Positions 36,932 to 46,859 of a stretch of DNA of 64,000 nucleotides are shown here, piece by piece (position 1 is the first letter of the stretch; each line of letters starts with the position of its first letter). A model generated the notes under the pieces. It searched no databases. It had not been told where the DNA came from and saw only the letters and a list, made by a program, of their open reading frames with translations. Location of the stretch: sequence record LC597490.1. One strand, written 5' to 3'. The position numbers and the translations under genes were made by a program.

Positions 36932-37306
36932 ATGGCACGAAGCTATCCATGAAATGATATTGATGGTAGTAGCTTCCAACCAGCGATTCGTGCGCTTGCA
37001 AAGTTAGGAGTATTTACTCCTGATGAAAACGGACGATTCAATCCAACACGTATTGCAACTCGTGCAGAGGTAGCAACAGTTATTGCAAAAGCATTTGGCT
37101 TCCGAGTAAAAGCAAATTATGAGTTTATTGATATGGCTGGGCATTGGGCAAATGAACACGTTAAAGCATTATATAGTAACGGTATCGTTAGTGGTGCTGG
37201 TGACCGCATGTTCCATCCTTATGATGTGGCAGGGCGTGAGCAAGTTGCTGTAATGGTTTACAAAGCGATTCACGTTGACCCGAATTTTTATCCGCAACCG
37301 ATTTAA
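36932..37306 (+). pseudogene. Interrupted S-layer homology (SLH) domain gene
   Basis: Two SLH-like units (AIRALAKLGVF..FNP..TRAEVA; HWANEHVKALYSNGIVSG..FHP..REQVA) in a frame closed by TGA at 36950-52. Confidence 0.65.
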
Positions 37307-37413
37307 TTAAAAACTTGTCCTGAGCATGACGCTATAAACTGCTCGTTTGGCATCCCAGAATATACATTAATGGACTTATAACATTGATATTTATAAAGGG
37401 AGGAAGAAAGTTT

Positions 37414-37887
37414 ATGAAAAAATTAACGACAGTAGCATTAGCAGGTGCATTAGCTTTAGGTGGTTTAGCAGGAGTTGCAGCATTCGATGCAAAGCCAGCG
37501 GCAGCGGCTGAGACCGTACAGAAAGCAGCAGTATATGATAATTGGGGTATTAACGATACAACAATCTTATACGAGCACATCAAACCAATGCCTTCTGACT
37601 ACAAAGCACTTATTCTACCTTCTTACAAAACAGGTGATGTTTTCACAGTCGTAACACCTGACTCAAATCTTGTTGAAGGTAAAGATCAAGTGAAAATCTT
37701 CCGTGTAGAAGACAATGGCGATTTAAACCGTTACAAAACGATTGATTTCCGTCGCATCTGGGTTCTTCCAGGAGAAGTAGTATTTGATACTACAATCACT
37801 GACAATTACCTACCAGGTACTTATGTTGCTGTATCTTACGTGAACGGCAAACACTTAAAATCTGATTTCTTTACTATCAACAAATAA
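37414..37887 (+). CDS. Secreted protein, recalled as resembling Bacillus DUF5065 family
   Basis: Signal peptide MKKLTTVALAGALALGG..AAA; ends KSDFFTINK; terminator 37894-37927. Confidence 0.55.
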   Translation: MKKLTTVALAGALALGGLAGVAAFDAKPAAAAETVQKAAVYDNWGINDTTILYEHIKPMPSDYKALILPSYKTGDVFTVVTPDSNLVEGKDQVKIFRVEDNGDLNRYKTIDFRRIWVLPGEVVFDTTITDNYLPGTYVAVSYVNGKHLKSDFFTINK

Positions 37888-37959
37888 AGAATCAAAAAAG
37901 GACAGGAGCTTCGGTTCCTGTTTTTTATTTGGATTTTTATTATAGAAAGGAGTGATACA

Positions 37960-38286
37960 ATGAGAAGAGCAATGATTGAATACAAAGGGGAAATAATAGA
38001 ACCCATTGCAATTGTATTTAGAAGAGGCATTACAAGAGAAGATAGGCATATCGCATTGGTTCATACACCAGGAGAATACTTTTGTCCTGTTACAATAGAA
38101 GCTATGTTTAGGTATGATAAAAAACAACCACATGTTTTATATGAATCTCCAAGATATATGAAAATATTATCACAGGATTTAGATGAAAATTATAGTTGGG
38201 TTCGTATCAACAAAGAAGATATCATAACAAGTAATGAATCTAATCAGAATGCTTCTTTATACATGAGAAAAGAGGAGGCACTATAA
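37960..38286 (+). CDS. Array D paralog 1, C-tagged
   Basis: EPIAIVFRR..IALVH; ends N-QNASLY-MRKE. Confidence 0.7.
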   Translation: MRRAMIEYKGEIIEPIAIVFRRGITREDRHIALVHTPGEYFCPVTIEAMFRYDKKQPHVLYESPRYMKILSQDLDENYSWVRINKEDIITSNESNQNASLYMRKEEAL

Positions 38287-38663
38287 TGAAGAAAGCATTT
38301 GCTCTAATTCCAGGTTTACTTCCAGAAGAAGAATTATTTGACGATGTAAATTGTGCATATGAAGACTACAACAATCCAATCACTGTAGAAGTATTTGCTA
38401 TTGTCTCTCGTGATGATGAAAGATTGATTGCATTACATAGACATGAAGAAGCAGATTACTGGCCCATGAGCCTTGAACAACTTGCAGCCACAGATAGTGA
38501 AGGTATGGTTGAAATCTTTATATCTAGTCATTTTCATCAAATTAGTGAACCAGACTTTAAAGAAAACTATGTATGGTCTACGATTGTACATGATAATTAC
38601 AAAATAAGAGATGCATCGAATCAAGACAATTTAGCTAGTATGAAAGGGGAGATTATGATATGA
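38286..38663 (+). CDS. Array D paralog 2, C-tagged
   Basis: VEVFAIVSR..IALH; ends N-QDNLAS-MKGE. Confidence 0.7.
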   Translation: MKKAFALIPGLLPEEELFDDVNCAYEDYNNPITVEVFAIVSRDDERLIALHRHEEADYWPMSLEQLAATDSEGMVEIFISSHFHQISEPDFKENYVWSTIVHDNYKIRDASNQDNLASMKGEIMI

Positions 38664-38989
38664 GAAAAGCCTATGCAACAATAGAAAAACGGGGAAGAGA
38701 CCCTAAGGAAGTGGAAATAGTTGCGCTTATGATACGTAGAGATGGAAGAACAATCGCATTGTATCATGAAGCAAACACAGCTTTTCATCCCAAAAGCGTA
38801 GAAGCTATACAAGAAAAGGATACGCCTAACTATAAAATGCTTTTTCTTTCAGAAAAGTATTACCAAATTACTAAAGAGGATTTACGTGTTCATTATAGGT
38901 GGGATGATGTCTTGAATGAGAATTATAGAATTGAAGCGAACACGAATCGGGATGCTTCTAAGTCACTGAAAGGAGAAGAAGTCATATGA
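38660..38989 (+). CDS. Array D paralog 3, C-tagged
   Basis: VEIVALMIR..IALYH; ends N-RDASKS-LKGE. Confidence 0.7.
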   Translation: MRKAYATIEKRGRDPKEVEIVALMIRRDGRTIALYHEANTAFHPKSVEAIQEKDTPNYKMLFLSEKYYQITKEDLRVHYRWDDVLNENYRIEANTNRDASKSLKGEEVI

Positions 38990-39312
38990 GAAAGGCATTT
39001 GCAAAAGTAAAACTTAACGGTAAAGTTGTACATTCAGAAGCAATTGTTATTCTTACCCGTAAAAGTGGTAGAGTCATTGCATTATGTTATGATAAAGGCT
39101 CTGAATTCTATCCACTTTCTGTTCAAGGTATGTTGGCTGATGACAATGGAGAAGTAAAAATCCATTTTAAATCTCCAAAGTATGATAAGTTAGACCACAA
39201 TAGTTTTCGAAGAGACTATATATGGCGTGAAATTATTGATTGCGAATATGCAATCGAAGAAGAGAACAATGGTTTAGCTGTTCGTGCAATGAAAGGTGAA
39301 GAAGTAATATGA
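38986..39312 (+). CDS. Array D paralog 4, C-tagged
   Basis: SEAIVILTR..IALCY; ends N-GLAVRA-MKGE. Confidence 0.7.
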   Translation: MRKAFAKVKLNGKVVHSEAIVILTRKSGRVIALCYDKGSEFYPLSVQGMLADDNGEVKIHFKSPKYDKLDHNSFRRDYIWREIIDCEYAIEEENNGLAVRAMKGEEVI

Positions 39313-39632
39313 AAGCATTTGCCCAACCATTAACACGTAACTCTGAAGTAGAAGTTCTAGCTGTTATAAAAAGAAAAGAGGATGATATAGAGTATGTGTT
39401 ACATAGACATAATAGCTTTCATCCTCATCACCCAAGAAGTGTAGAAGAAATAGCAGACAACAAAAGAAATACCGTAGAAGTCGTATTCGTATCAGAAGAA
39501 TACAAAAAGATTTCTCGTGATGAAATTAGAAGGAAATATACATGGACTCAAATACAACCAGGTTCATGTCGTTATGTTCAGCAAACGAATGCCTGGTCTG
39601 TTTTGGACATGAAACCAGAGGTGACAATATGA
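39309..39632 (+). CDS. Array D paralog 5, C-tagged
   Basis: VEVLAVIKR; ends N-AWSVLD-MKPE. Confidence 0.7.
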   Translation: MKAFAQPLTRNSEVEVLAVIKRKEDDIEYVLHRHNSFHPHHPRSVEEIADNKRNTVEVVFVSEEYKKISRDEIRRKYTWTQIQPGSCRYVQQTNAWSVLDMKPEVTI

Positions 39633-39961
39633 AACAAATACGTATTAATAATCATAAATATGATGTATATGCTATTGTGTCACAAGGGAAAAAGATGATT
39701 GAAGAAAATATGATGATGGCTATTTTAATACACAAAGATGGCGCAGACCTTTCTCCTATGACACCATTTGAAATAGCTGCTTATTACAAAGGAGAAATAC
39801 TTTATATTGACTCTGAACTAAAGAGAAGAAGATTGGATAAGCACGGCACTCGATTTAACCGTGAAGACTTCATGTGGATTACTCGCACATTGAAACTATC
39901 TGATATCGAACCAACTAACAACAACTTTATGTCTTCTTTAAAGAGTGAACCTGTATTATGA
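39629..39961 (+). CDS. Array D paralog 6, C-tagged
   Basis: ATG 39629; YDVYAIV; ends N-NNFMSS-LKSE. Confidence 0.7.
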   Translation: MKQIRINNHKYDVYAIVSQGKKMIEENMMMAILIHKDGADLSPMTPFEIAAYYKGEILYIDSELKRRRLDKHGTRFNREDFMWITRTLKLSDIEPTNNNFMSSLKSEPVL

Positions 39962-40254
39962 GAACAGTTTATCTCTCATCACATCGTAAAGAGTTTAAAG
40001 TATATGCGATTATAGAAGAAGAACACACTACAGATTTCTTAATTAAAGAAGAGTATCAAAGCGACAACAATCCATATCATCTAGCAGAATTTTTTGATGC
40101 GGAAGTCACTTATGTAGATAAGGAATTTCATAAATATGAAGGAACAAAAGACGCATGTTATGGTTTCGTATGGATAGAAGAAGACCACCATTGGCATTAC
40201 ACAGGTAGAAATTCCGATACAGTATATGCTTTTAAAAAGGAGGATGTAATATGA
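39958..40254 (+). CDS. Array D paralog 7, C-tagged
   Basis: FKVYAIIEE..NPYH..F..YVDK; ends N-SDTVYA-FKKE. Confidence 0.7.
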   Translation: MRTVYLSSHRKEFKVYAIIEEEHTTDFLIKEEYQSDNNPYHLAEFFDAEVTYVDKEFHKYEGTKDACYGFVWIEEDHHWHYTGRNSDTVYAFKKEDVI

Positions 40255-40556
40255 GGAAGGTACGTATTCACTATACAAATGAAGTAATTGAGGCTTATGC
40301 CATCGTAGAAGAATCCAATCAGTTGAACTTTCTTATTCGAGCATTCCCATCAGAATATAGTACACCTATGAATCCTTATCATATGGAACAGTTCTTTGGT
40401 GGACATATTCATTATGTAGATAAATCACTTGAAAAATATAAAGATACTGAACATGCTTGTGATGGTTATAAATGGATAATCATGGAGACGGAATGGGATT
40501 ACTTCGATAATAATGAAAATACAGTAGCAACATTAAAAGAAGAAATAGCATATTAA
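40251..40556 (+). CDS. Array D paralog 8, C-tagged
   Basis: IEAYAIVEE..NPYH..FF..YVDK; ends N-ENTVAT-LKEE. Confidence 0.7.
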   Translation: MRKVRIHYTNEVIEAYAIVEESNQLNFLIRAFPSEYSTPMNPYHMEQFFGGHIHYVDKSLEKYKDTEHACDGYKWIIMETEWDYFDNNENTVATLKEEIAY

Positions 40557-40559
40557 AAA

Positions 40560-40577
40560 GGGAGGTATACGCCTCCC
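40560..40577. terminator. Hairpin between convergent genes (probably bidirectional terminator)
   Basis: gggagg-tatacg-cctccc. Confidence 0.6.
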
Positions 40578-40910
40578 CTATTGTTCTAATCTATATGTTA
40601 TTATTTCGCCAGGAGCTTCTTCACGATTCCAACCTTGCCAACGTTTACTACTTCTTGATTTACGACCATTCATCTTAGGTCTTGCTCCTGTTATATTACC
40701 AGATAATACTTCTTTAAATACTGGAGTTGATAAGTTCTTCTCAGCTTCTTCTTTTACTTTACGTTCTGCTCTTAGTTTAGCTAACTTTTCCTGCTTATAC
40801 ATCTTCTTAATTTCTTTCTTTGTTTTACCATGTTCTTTACGGTTCTTTTCTTTCCTTCTTTTCCTTTCTTCTTCTTCCATCTTCTTGATTAATAGTCCTC
40901 TGTTATTCAT
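40578..40910 (-). CDS. Highly basic K/E/R-rich protein (only credible minus-strand gene)
   Basis: SD aaggggg upstream on minus strand; 110 aa. Confidence 0.7.
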   Translation of the reverse strand: MNNRGLLIKKMEEEERKRRKEKNRKEHGKTKKEIKKMYKQEKLAKLRAERKVKEEAEKNLSTPVFKEVLSGNITGARPKMNGRKSRSSKRWQGWNREEAPGEIITYRLEQ

Positions 40911-40924
40911 CTCATTAACCCCCT

Positions 40925-41515
40925 TATTGCTATTAGCTATTGTATCCTAAAGACATACCCGATGGGTAGAGAATGTTACTATAAGTAAGCAGACGTATCC
41001 CATCGAGTAAGTCTACTTTTAGCAATATATTCAGTGATGTTTACATGTAGGGACATATGAATATACCACACCGTTCATAACCATACCTCTATATCCACCA
41101 CAAATATACAGATACAAATACGAACGCACAAAGCACCTTCATTATGACACCGATAAATCGGAACAATCTTTCTACAAGCATATCGCTAGTCTACCACGCT
41201 TGCGTAATCTGATTGTCTACCCTGAGCAAACGTTACTAAGCTCATAGCGACCCACCCCCTGATACGTCTTTTATTGGTTAATTCCAAAAGGCATTGCAAC
41301 AGGATTGCTTCCTTTATAGGCACATACACATATGAAGGTAAAGTGTTTATTATGCACCTGCCAGAATTGTCTCGTAGAGTTACTCTACCGCAGCGGCTCT
41401 GGGGGACCTTTCAAGTTTAACGTGTTAGTTGGCAATTCCACGCCAGTACAGTGGCATTTATCGTACTGGATTGTATTCAGTTGTTATATGTAAAAACAAA
41501 GTTGTTTGTTTAGCA
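40925..41515 (-). ncRNA. Putative ~590 nt structured RNA/leader on minus strand
   Basis: No ORF between promoter and basic-protein SD; stems ccagtac/gtactgg, gtagag/ctctac, acccgatggg/cccatcgagt. Confidence 0.55.
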
Positions 41516-41521
41516 CTACTT

Positions 41522-41550
41522 ATTGTATATCGTTTTTTCTTGTATTACAA
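41522..41550 (-). promoter_or_regulatory. SigA-type promoter on minus strand
   Basis: TTGTAA-17 nt-TACAAT read on reverse complement. Confidence 0.6.
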
Positions 41551-41579
41551 TACCTTTTGAGAAGGGAGTGAAAATAAAT

Positions 41580-41966
41580 ATGGTAAAACTTTTATCACCT
41601 GTAGGTACAGAAGTTGAAGTAGTATGTGTCATATCAGAAGTACATAAGGTACGAGAAAATGTACCTATACGGGACAGAGGAGTGATGGTACGAAGAGAAA
41701 TAGAAAGGGAGTATAAGATATTTAAAGCTCTTGTAAAAGGGTATGGAGGCGGTTGTCACCCAGCTCTATTGAAAGGTGATTTTAAAATCGAATACACATC
41801 CGATAATTTTGATTCACTATCCTTAATACACATCAAGAATAACTATGAGTGGATGAATTTTCGTACAACAAATCCATTAAAGTTTATAAGAAAGAATAAT
41901 AATAGCATTAAGGATTGGAAGCAAGAAGACGAAAGAATGTGGAAGGAGGACTGGATGTATGATTAA
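41580..41966 (+). CDS. Array E (D-like) paralog, C-tagged
   Basis: ATG 41580; VEVVCVI; N-NNSIKD-WKQE. Confidence 0.65.
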   Translation: MVKLLSPVGTEVEVVCVISEVHKVRENVPIRDRGVMVRREIEREYKIFKALVKGYGGGCHPALLKGDFKIEYTSDNFDSLSLIHIKNNYEWMNFRTTNPLKFIRKNNNSIKDWKQEDERMWKEDWMYD

Positions 41967-42288
41967 AGTACGAGACAGGGATAGACATGGTAGACCAATT
42001 ACCAGAGAGGTGTATGGCGTTGCTCGTATAAAAGGATGGGATACCCAAGGATGGGTGTATCATATTCTAATGCCATACGATAAAGATTATTTAACAGGTG
42101 GTGTTCCTGTAGTTAAATCACTTGGTTTTGAACTTATTTATTTAGATGACAGTATCTCAAGAACATCCAAAGAATTGGAAGGTCTTATTTGGAATCACTA
42201 TGGATCGGATAATCCAATTGATAAACAAATTATAATAACAAATAAATCATCTTTAATGAAGTTTAAATCAGAGGATAATTTAGAATGA
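41959..42288 (+). CDS. Array E paralog, C-tagged
   Basis: REVYGVA..NPID; ends N-KSSLMK-FKSE. Confidence 0.7.
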   Translation: MIKVRDRDRHGRPITREVYGVARIKGWDTQGWVYHILMPYDKDYLTGGVPVVKSLGFELIYLDDSISRTSKELEGLIWNHYGSDNPIDKQIIITNKSSLMKFKSEDNLE

Positions 42289-42301
42289 AAGGAGAGATGA
42301 A

Positions 42302-42625
42302 ATGATAAGAATTGAAAATTCAAAAGGTAGTGTATTCGAAGTGTATGGTGTAATAAAAACAAATGGTGTCGTGCCAGCTTATGCAACTTTACAAAAGAAA
42401 CGAACCAAGAAAAACGTTGGAGCAGCTTCTTCTTTTGAAAGAGTATTAGGATTAGGTGATACGATTCTATATAAGGATGAATCTATGGTTCCAAATGAAG
42501 AAGGTTATTATGATGGCTTCATGTGGACTTATTTTTCTGCAACACATAATCCAATGGATAGGGTTGTACTAGATACTAATATTGCAACGACACGCTTTAT
42601 GAAACAAGACATAGCTTGCGATTAG
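42302..42625 (+). CDS. Array E paralog, C-tagged
   Basis: FEVYGVI..LYKD..NPMD; ends N-IATTRF-MKQD. Confidence 0.7.
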   Translation: MIRIENSKGSVFEVYGVIKTNGVVPAYATLQKKRTKKNVGAASSFERVLGLGDTILYKDESMVPNEEGYYDGFMWTYFSATHNPMDRVVLDTNIATTRFMKQDIACD

Positions 42626-42635
42626 AGGTGAGAAT

Positions 42636-42935
42636 ATGAAAAGAATAAGAAGCCCTAAAAACAAATTAGTATATGATACTTACGGCGTCATATTAACTCC
42701 ACACGATATCTATATGATTTTAATAGAAGATGATGATGGCGGCGCAGTTTCATTTCAAGAAGCAGAAAGATTAAATGCAACCGTTCTTTATAAAGATGAC
42801 TTCTTGGAGTCACGTCCAGACCATATAGAAAGAAACTATAGATGGAAAGGATTTGGCGAAAAGAACCCACTTGATTATGTAATTGAAAACAATGGATTAG
42901 GTGTTTCTTCTATGAAAAAAGAGTCTCCTTTGTAG
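42636..42935 (+). CDS. Array E paralog, C-tagged
   Basis: YDTYGVI..LYKD..NPLD; ends N-GLGVSS-MKKE. Confidence 0.7.
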   Translation: MKRIRSPKNKLVYDTYGVILTPHDIYMILIEDDDGGAVSFQEAERLNATVLYKDDFLESRPDHIERNYRWKGFGEKNPLDYVIENNGLGVSSMKKESPL

Positions 42936-43088
42936 GAGTACCACTTAAAAGAAGAAAGTTTTCATATGTACTTAGGCAAAACAAATTGACAAAAAAGTTG
43001 TCTTCTACATTCTTGACTGAAAAAAATTAATAGGTTGTGCTAGATGGTAGCCCCCGTATTTGGTATGCTTATGAAAGGGGGTGAGAAC

Positions 43089-43472
43089 ATGGAAATCCTG
43101 TACTATTCACAGACAGGTAATGTTCGCCGTTTTATCGACAAACTCCAAACAGAGATTGAGATGGATTGTACATCCATTTTAGATAAGTCTACAACAAAGG
43201 AAGAATACATATTGATAACACCAACTACAGGATTTGGACAAGTTCCAGACCCTGTTGCTGTATTTCTACAAGAAAATCATATGTATCTAAAGGGAGTTAT
43301 AGGTAGCGGTAATATGAACTGGGGCGAGAACTATTGCGGCGCAGCTCGAACGATCAGTACAACCTATGGTGTGCCGTTAATTCATACATTTGAGTTACAT
43401 GGTACTCCTAACGATTTAAAATTAGTCAAGGGAAGGGTGGAAGAAATTGAATCATCTAGAATTAAACAATGA
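43089..43472 (+). CDS. nrdI: Flavodoxin-like RNR class Ib stimulatory protein
   Basis: YYSQTGNVRRF, TPTTGFG, GVIGSGNMNWGENY. Confidence 0.95.
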   Translation: MEILYYSQTGNVRRFIDKLQTEIEMDCTSILDKSTTKEEYILITPTTGFGQVPDPVAVFLQENHMYLKGVIGSGNMNWGENYCGAARTISTTYGVPLIHTFELHGTPNDLKLVKGRVEEIESSRIKQ

Positions 43473-45543
43473 AGTAGTTACTACAGAAAAAGAAGGCTTC
43501 TACAACCTGGAAAAGGATATAGAAGCACGAGATGAGTTATTAAAAGAGATTGAACAGAAAACAAAAAAGTTTTCATCTGAGCAGAAGCGATACGAATATT
43601 TAATCCGTCACCGCTACTATAAGGATATACGAGATTTGTACACTTGGCAACAAATCGAAGACATCCACCAGTATTTGTATTCTTTTGGTTTTGAATTCCA
43701 GTCTTACATGGCAACTTCAAAATTCTTCAAGGATTATGTACTACGCACAAATGATAAGAAGCAATACCTTGAGAACTATGAACAACACGTAGCAATTGTA
43801 GCTCTTACATTAGCAAAAGGTAACTTTATTAAAGCTTTATCTTATGCAAAAGTAATGGTACAACAAGACTATCAGCCAGCTACTCCAACTTTCCTTAATA
43901 CAGGAAGAGAACGTGGCGGCGAACAAATCTCATGTTTCTTATTATCATGTGGCGATAGCTTAAATGATATCAATCATATGTTATCAACAGCATTCCAATT
44001 ATCTAAGATTGGTGGCGGTGTTGCCATCGACTTAACAAACCTTCGTGCAAGGGGAGAAGTTATTAAAGAAATCGAGAACGCAGCAAGTGGCGTTGTTCCT
44101 GTTATGAAACTATTAGAAGATGGTTTTGCTTATGTAAACCAATTAGGACAGCGTGCTGGTGCTTGTGCAGTTTACTTGAATATCTTCCATTGGGATGTAG
44201 AAGAATTCTTAGCAACAAAACGTATTGCTGGTGATGAAAAGTCTCGTCTACAAACTCTTTCTATTGGTTTAATTGCAGATGATATCTTCTTCAAATTAGC
44301 AAAAGAAGATAAAGACATGTATGTATTTGCTCCTTATACTGTAGAAAAAGAATATGGTGTTCCATTCTCAAGTATCAACATGGATGAAATGTATGATGAA
44401 TTAGTAGCGAATCCAAACATCAAGAAACGTAAGCTTGAATTATCAGCTCGTGATATGCTTGTTAAGATTGCAACAGTTCAATTAGAATCAGGTTACCCAT
44501 ACTTCATGTATAAAACGAATGCAAATGAAGGACATGCTTTAAAACATATTGGCCCAGTAAAAATGAGTAACTTATGTACAGAAATCTTCCAAGCTCAAAC
44601 TGAATCTAGTATCGGCAACTACGGTAAAAAAGATGATATTGGTTATGATGTTAACTGTACGTTAGGTTCTTTAAATATTGTTAACGTAATGGAAAATAAA
44701 TCTTTCCAGAATGCAGTACACAATGCAATTGAAATGCTTTCAACTATCTCAGAAGATGCGGACATCTCGAACGCACCATCAGTTCAAAAAGCAAAAGATG
44801 ACCTACATGCAGTTGGTCTAGGTGCAATGAACTTACATGGATTCTTAGCTAAGAATAAAATTCATTATGAATCAGAAGAAGCAATTGATTTTGTATCTAC
44901 ATTCTTTATGATGCTAAACTACTATTCTCTTGAAAAGAGCATGGAGTTAGCGAAAGAGAAAGGGGCTTTCCATGGCTTTGGTGGAAGCGATTATGGAACT
45001 GGTGTTTATTTCGATAGATATCTTTCTAAGTCTTACGAACCGAAAACAGAAAAAGTAAAAGCATTATTTGATGGTATTGAAGTACCTGGTATTGATGAGT
45101 GGATTCAATTAAAAGCTCAGGTAATGGAACATGGATTATACAATGCTTATCGTTTAGCCGTGGCTCCAACGCAAAGTATCTCATATGTACAGAATGCTAC
45201 ATCAAGTATCATGCCTGTAGTAAGTCAAATTGAACAACGTACGTATGCAAATGCAACAACAGTATATCCAATGCCATTCCTAAGCAAAGAGACTTATTGG
45301 TATTATAAGTCGGCTTACGACATGGATATGATGAAATTGATTGACTTGGTTGCGGCAGCACAAGAACACGTTGACCAAGGCATTAGTTGTACTTTATATG
45401 TAAACTCTGATATTCCAACAAATACACTTGGTCGTTATTATGCATATGCAAATAAGAAAGGCCTGAAGTCCCTCTATTACACTCGTATTAAGAAACAAAG
45501 TGTAGAAGATGGTTCACTAGAATGTATTTCTTGTAGCGTATGA
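43447..45543 (+). CDS. nrdE: Ribonucleotide reductase class Ib alpha subunit
   Basis: QPATPTFLN, SCF, KIGGGV, SNLCTE, CTLGS, VAPTQSISY, KSLYY. Confidence 0.95.
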   Translation: MNHLELNNEVVTTEKEGFYNLEKDIEARDELLKEIEQKTKKFSSEQKRYEYLIRHRYYKDIRDLYTWQQIEDIHQYLYSFGFEFQSYMATSKFFKDYVLRTNDKKQYLENYEQHVAIVALTLAKGNFIKALSYAKVMVQQDYQPATPTFLNTGRERGGEQISCFLLSCGDSLNDINHMLSTAFQLSKIGGGVAIDLTNLRARGEVIKEIENAASGVVPVMKLLEDGFAYVNQLGQRAGACAVYLNIFHWDVEEFLATKRIAGDEKSRLQTLSIGLIADDIFFKLAKEDKDMYVFAPYTVEKEYGVPFSSINMDEMYDELVANPNIKKRKLELSARDMLVKIATVQLESGYPYFMYKTNANEGHALKHIGPVKMSNLCTEIFQAQTESSIGNYGKKDDIGYDVNCTLGSLNIVNVMENKSFQNAVHNAIEMLSTISEDADISNAPSVQKAKDDLHAVGLGAMNLHGFLAKNKIHYESEEAIDFVSTFFMMLNYYSLEKSMELAKEKGAFHGFGGSDYGTGVYFDRYLSKSYEPKTEKVKALFDGIEVPGIDEWIQLKAQVMEHGLYNAYRLAVAPTQSISYVQNATSSIMPVVSQIEQRTYANATTVYPMPFLSKETYWYYKSAYDMDMMKLIDLVAAAQEHVDQGISCTLYVNSDIPTNTLGRYYAYANKKGLKSLYYTRIKKQSVEDGSLECISCSV

Positions 45544-45560
45544 TGAAGGGTGTCCATACT

Positions 45561-46568
45561 ATGGACGCCCCACAATATAATAACGATGAGGTGGAAACAA
45601 TGACAATCAAAGCAGTTAACTGGTTAAAGCAAGAGGATGGCTATTCAGCTACTTTCTATAAACAACAAAAAGAACAAATGTGGTTCGAGGATGAAATCCC
45701 TGTATCAGAAGATAAGAACAGATGGTTTGATATGACAGAAGATGAAAAACGTGCATTCAAGTTAGCTCTTGGCGGGCTTACACTTCTTGATACACAACAA
45801 GGTGAAATGGGTATGCCTTTAATTGCACTTCATACAAATGGTATGCAAAAGAAAAAGGTTATGAACTTATTCGCTATGATGGAAGATGTTCATAGTAAAT
45901 CTTATTCTCATATCTTCCAAACGCTTTGTAAGGAACAAGAGATCGAAGACATTTTTGATTGGGTTGAAACAAATCCAAACTTACAATATAAAGCTCGTCG
46001 TATTACAGATTACTACCGTGCATTATTAAAACCAGAAGTAACAAAGCAAGAATTATACATGGCTATGGTAGCAAGTGTATGTCTTGAAACTTACTTATTC
46101 TACAGCGGATTCTTCTTCCCGTTATATTTAAAGGGACAAGGACGCATGACTCGTTCTGGAGAAATCATTAAGTTGATTTGTAGGGACGAAGCAATCCATG
46201 GACTATTTGTTGGAACTGTAGCTCAAGAAGTATACAAAGAGTTAACAGCAGAAGAACAAGAAGCTTGTGATAAAGAAATGATGGAATTGATTCTTGACCT
46301 ATACAGCAACGAAGTTGAATACACAGGTTTAGTTTATGACCCAATCGGGCTAACTGAAGATGTATTAAAGTATGTTCGTTACAATGCAAACCGTGCTTTA
46401 CTTGTATTAGGAAAAGAAGCTTGGTTCCCTGAAGAAGATGTAAATCCAATTGTCTTAAATGGTATGAAAAATACAACTGACAACTATGATTTCTTCTCAC
46501 AAAAAGGTAATGGTTATGTAAAACCAACTAACATCGTGAGAATGACTGACGAAGATTTTGTATTTTAA
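45561..46568 (+). CDS. nrdF: Ribonucleotide reductase class Ib beta subunit
   Basis: LTLLDT, MEDVHSKSY, LFYSGF, RDEAIHG, YDFFS.KGNGY. Confidence 0.95.
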   Translation: MDAPQYNNDEVETMTIKAVNWLKQEDGYSATFYKQQKEQMWFEDEIPVSEDKNRWFDMTEDEKRAFKLALGGLTLLDTQQGEMGMPLIALHTNGMQKKKVMNLFAMMEDVHSKSYSHIFQTLCKEQEIEDIFDWVETNPNLQYKARRITDYYRALLKPEVTKQELYMAMVASVCLETYLFYSGFFFPLYLKGQGRMTRSGEIIKLICRDEAIHGLFVGTVAQEVYKELTAEEQEACDKEMMELILDLYSNEVEYTGLVYDPIGLTEDVLKYVRYNANRALLVLGKEAWFPEEDVNPIVLNGMKNTTDNYDFFSQKGNGYVKPTNIVRMTDEDFVF

Positions 46569-46622
46569 TAAGTAAAGTGAGGTGCTACTTCGGTGGCATC
46601 TCTTATTTTTGGGGAGAATATT

Positions 46623-46859
46623 ATGACTGCATTTAAGACGATTTTAAGGGGAAACAATTTACTGGTTCTATTGAAAAGAGTCCAGGAGTTAGAAGCAAAG
46701 GGATATGAATGTGCTCATCCAATCCAGAGGCAAGAGCGTCACAAAGTTTATGCTGATGGATACGAACAATCAAAGAAGGCTTATACAAAGCATGAGGATG
46801 TTTATTTCACTCGATACTTTGTACAAATGATTAAAAAGGAAAAGGAAGGTGTATCCTAA
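46623..46859 (+). CDS. Hypothetical protein
   Basis: SD ggggag before ATG 46623. Confidence 0.6.
   Translation: MTAFKTILRGNNLLVLLKRVQELEAKGYECAHPIQRQERHKVYADGYEQSKKAYTKHEDVYFTRYFVQMIKKEKEGVS

Noticed and set aside
43447-46568. Introns or inteins in nrdE/nrdF and recA (common hosts in Bacillus phages)
   Set aside because: The ORFs are continuous and of normal length, with no intein terminal motifs.
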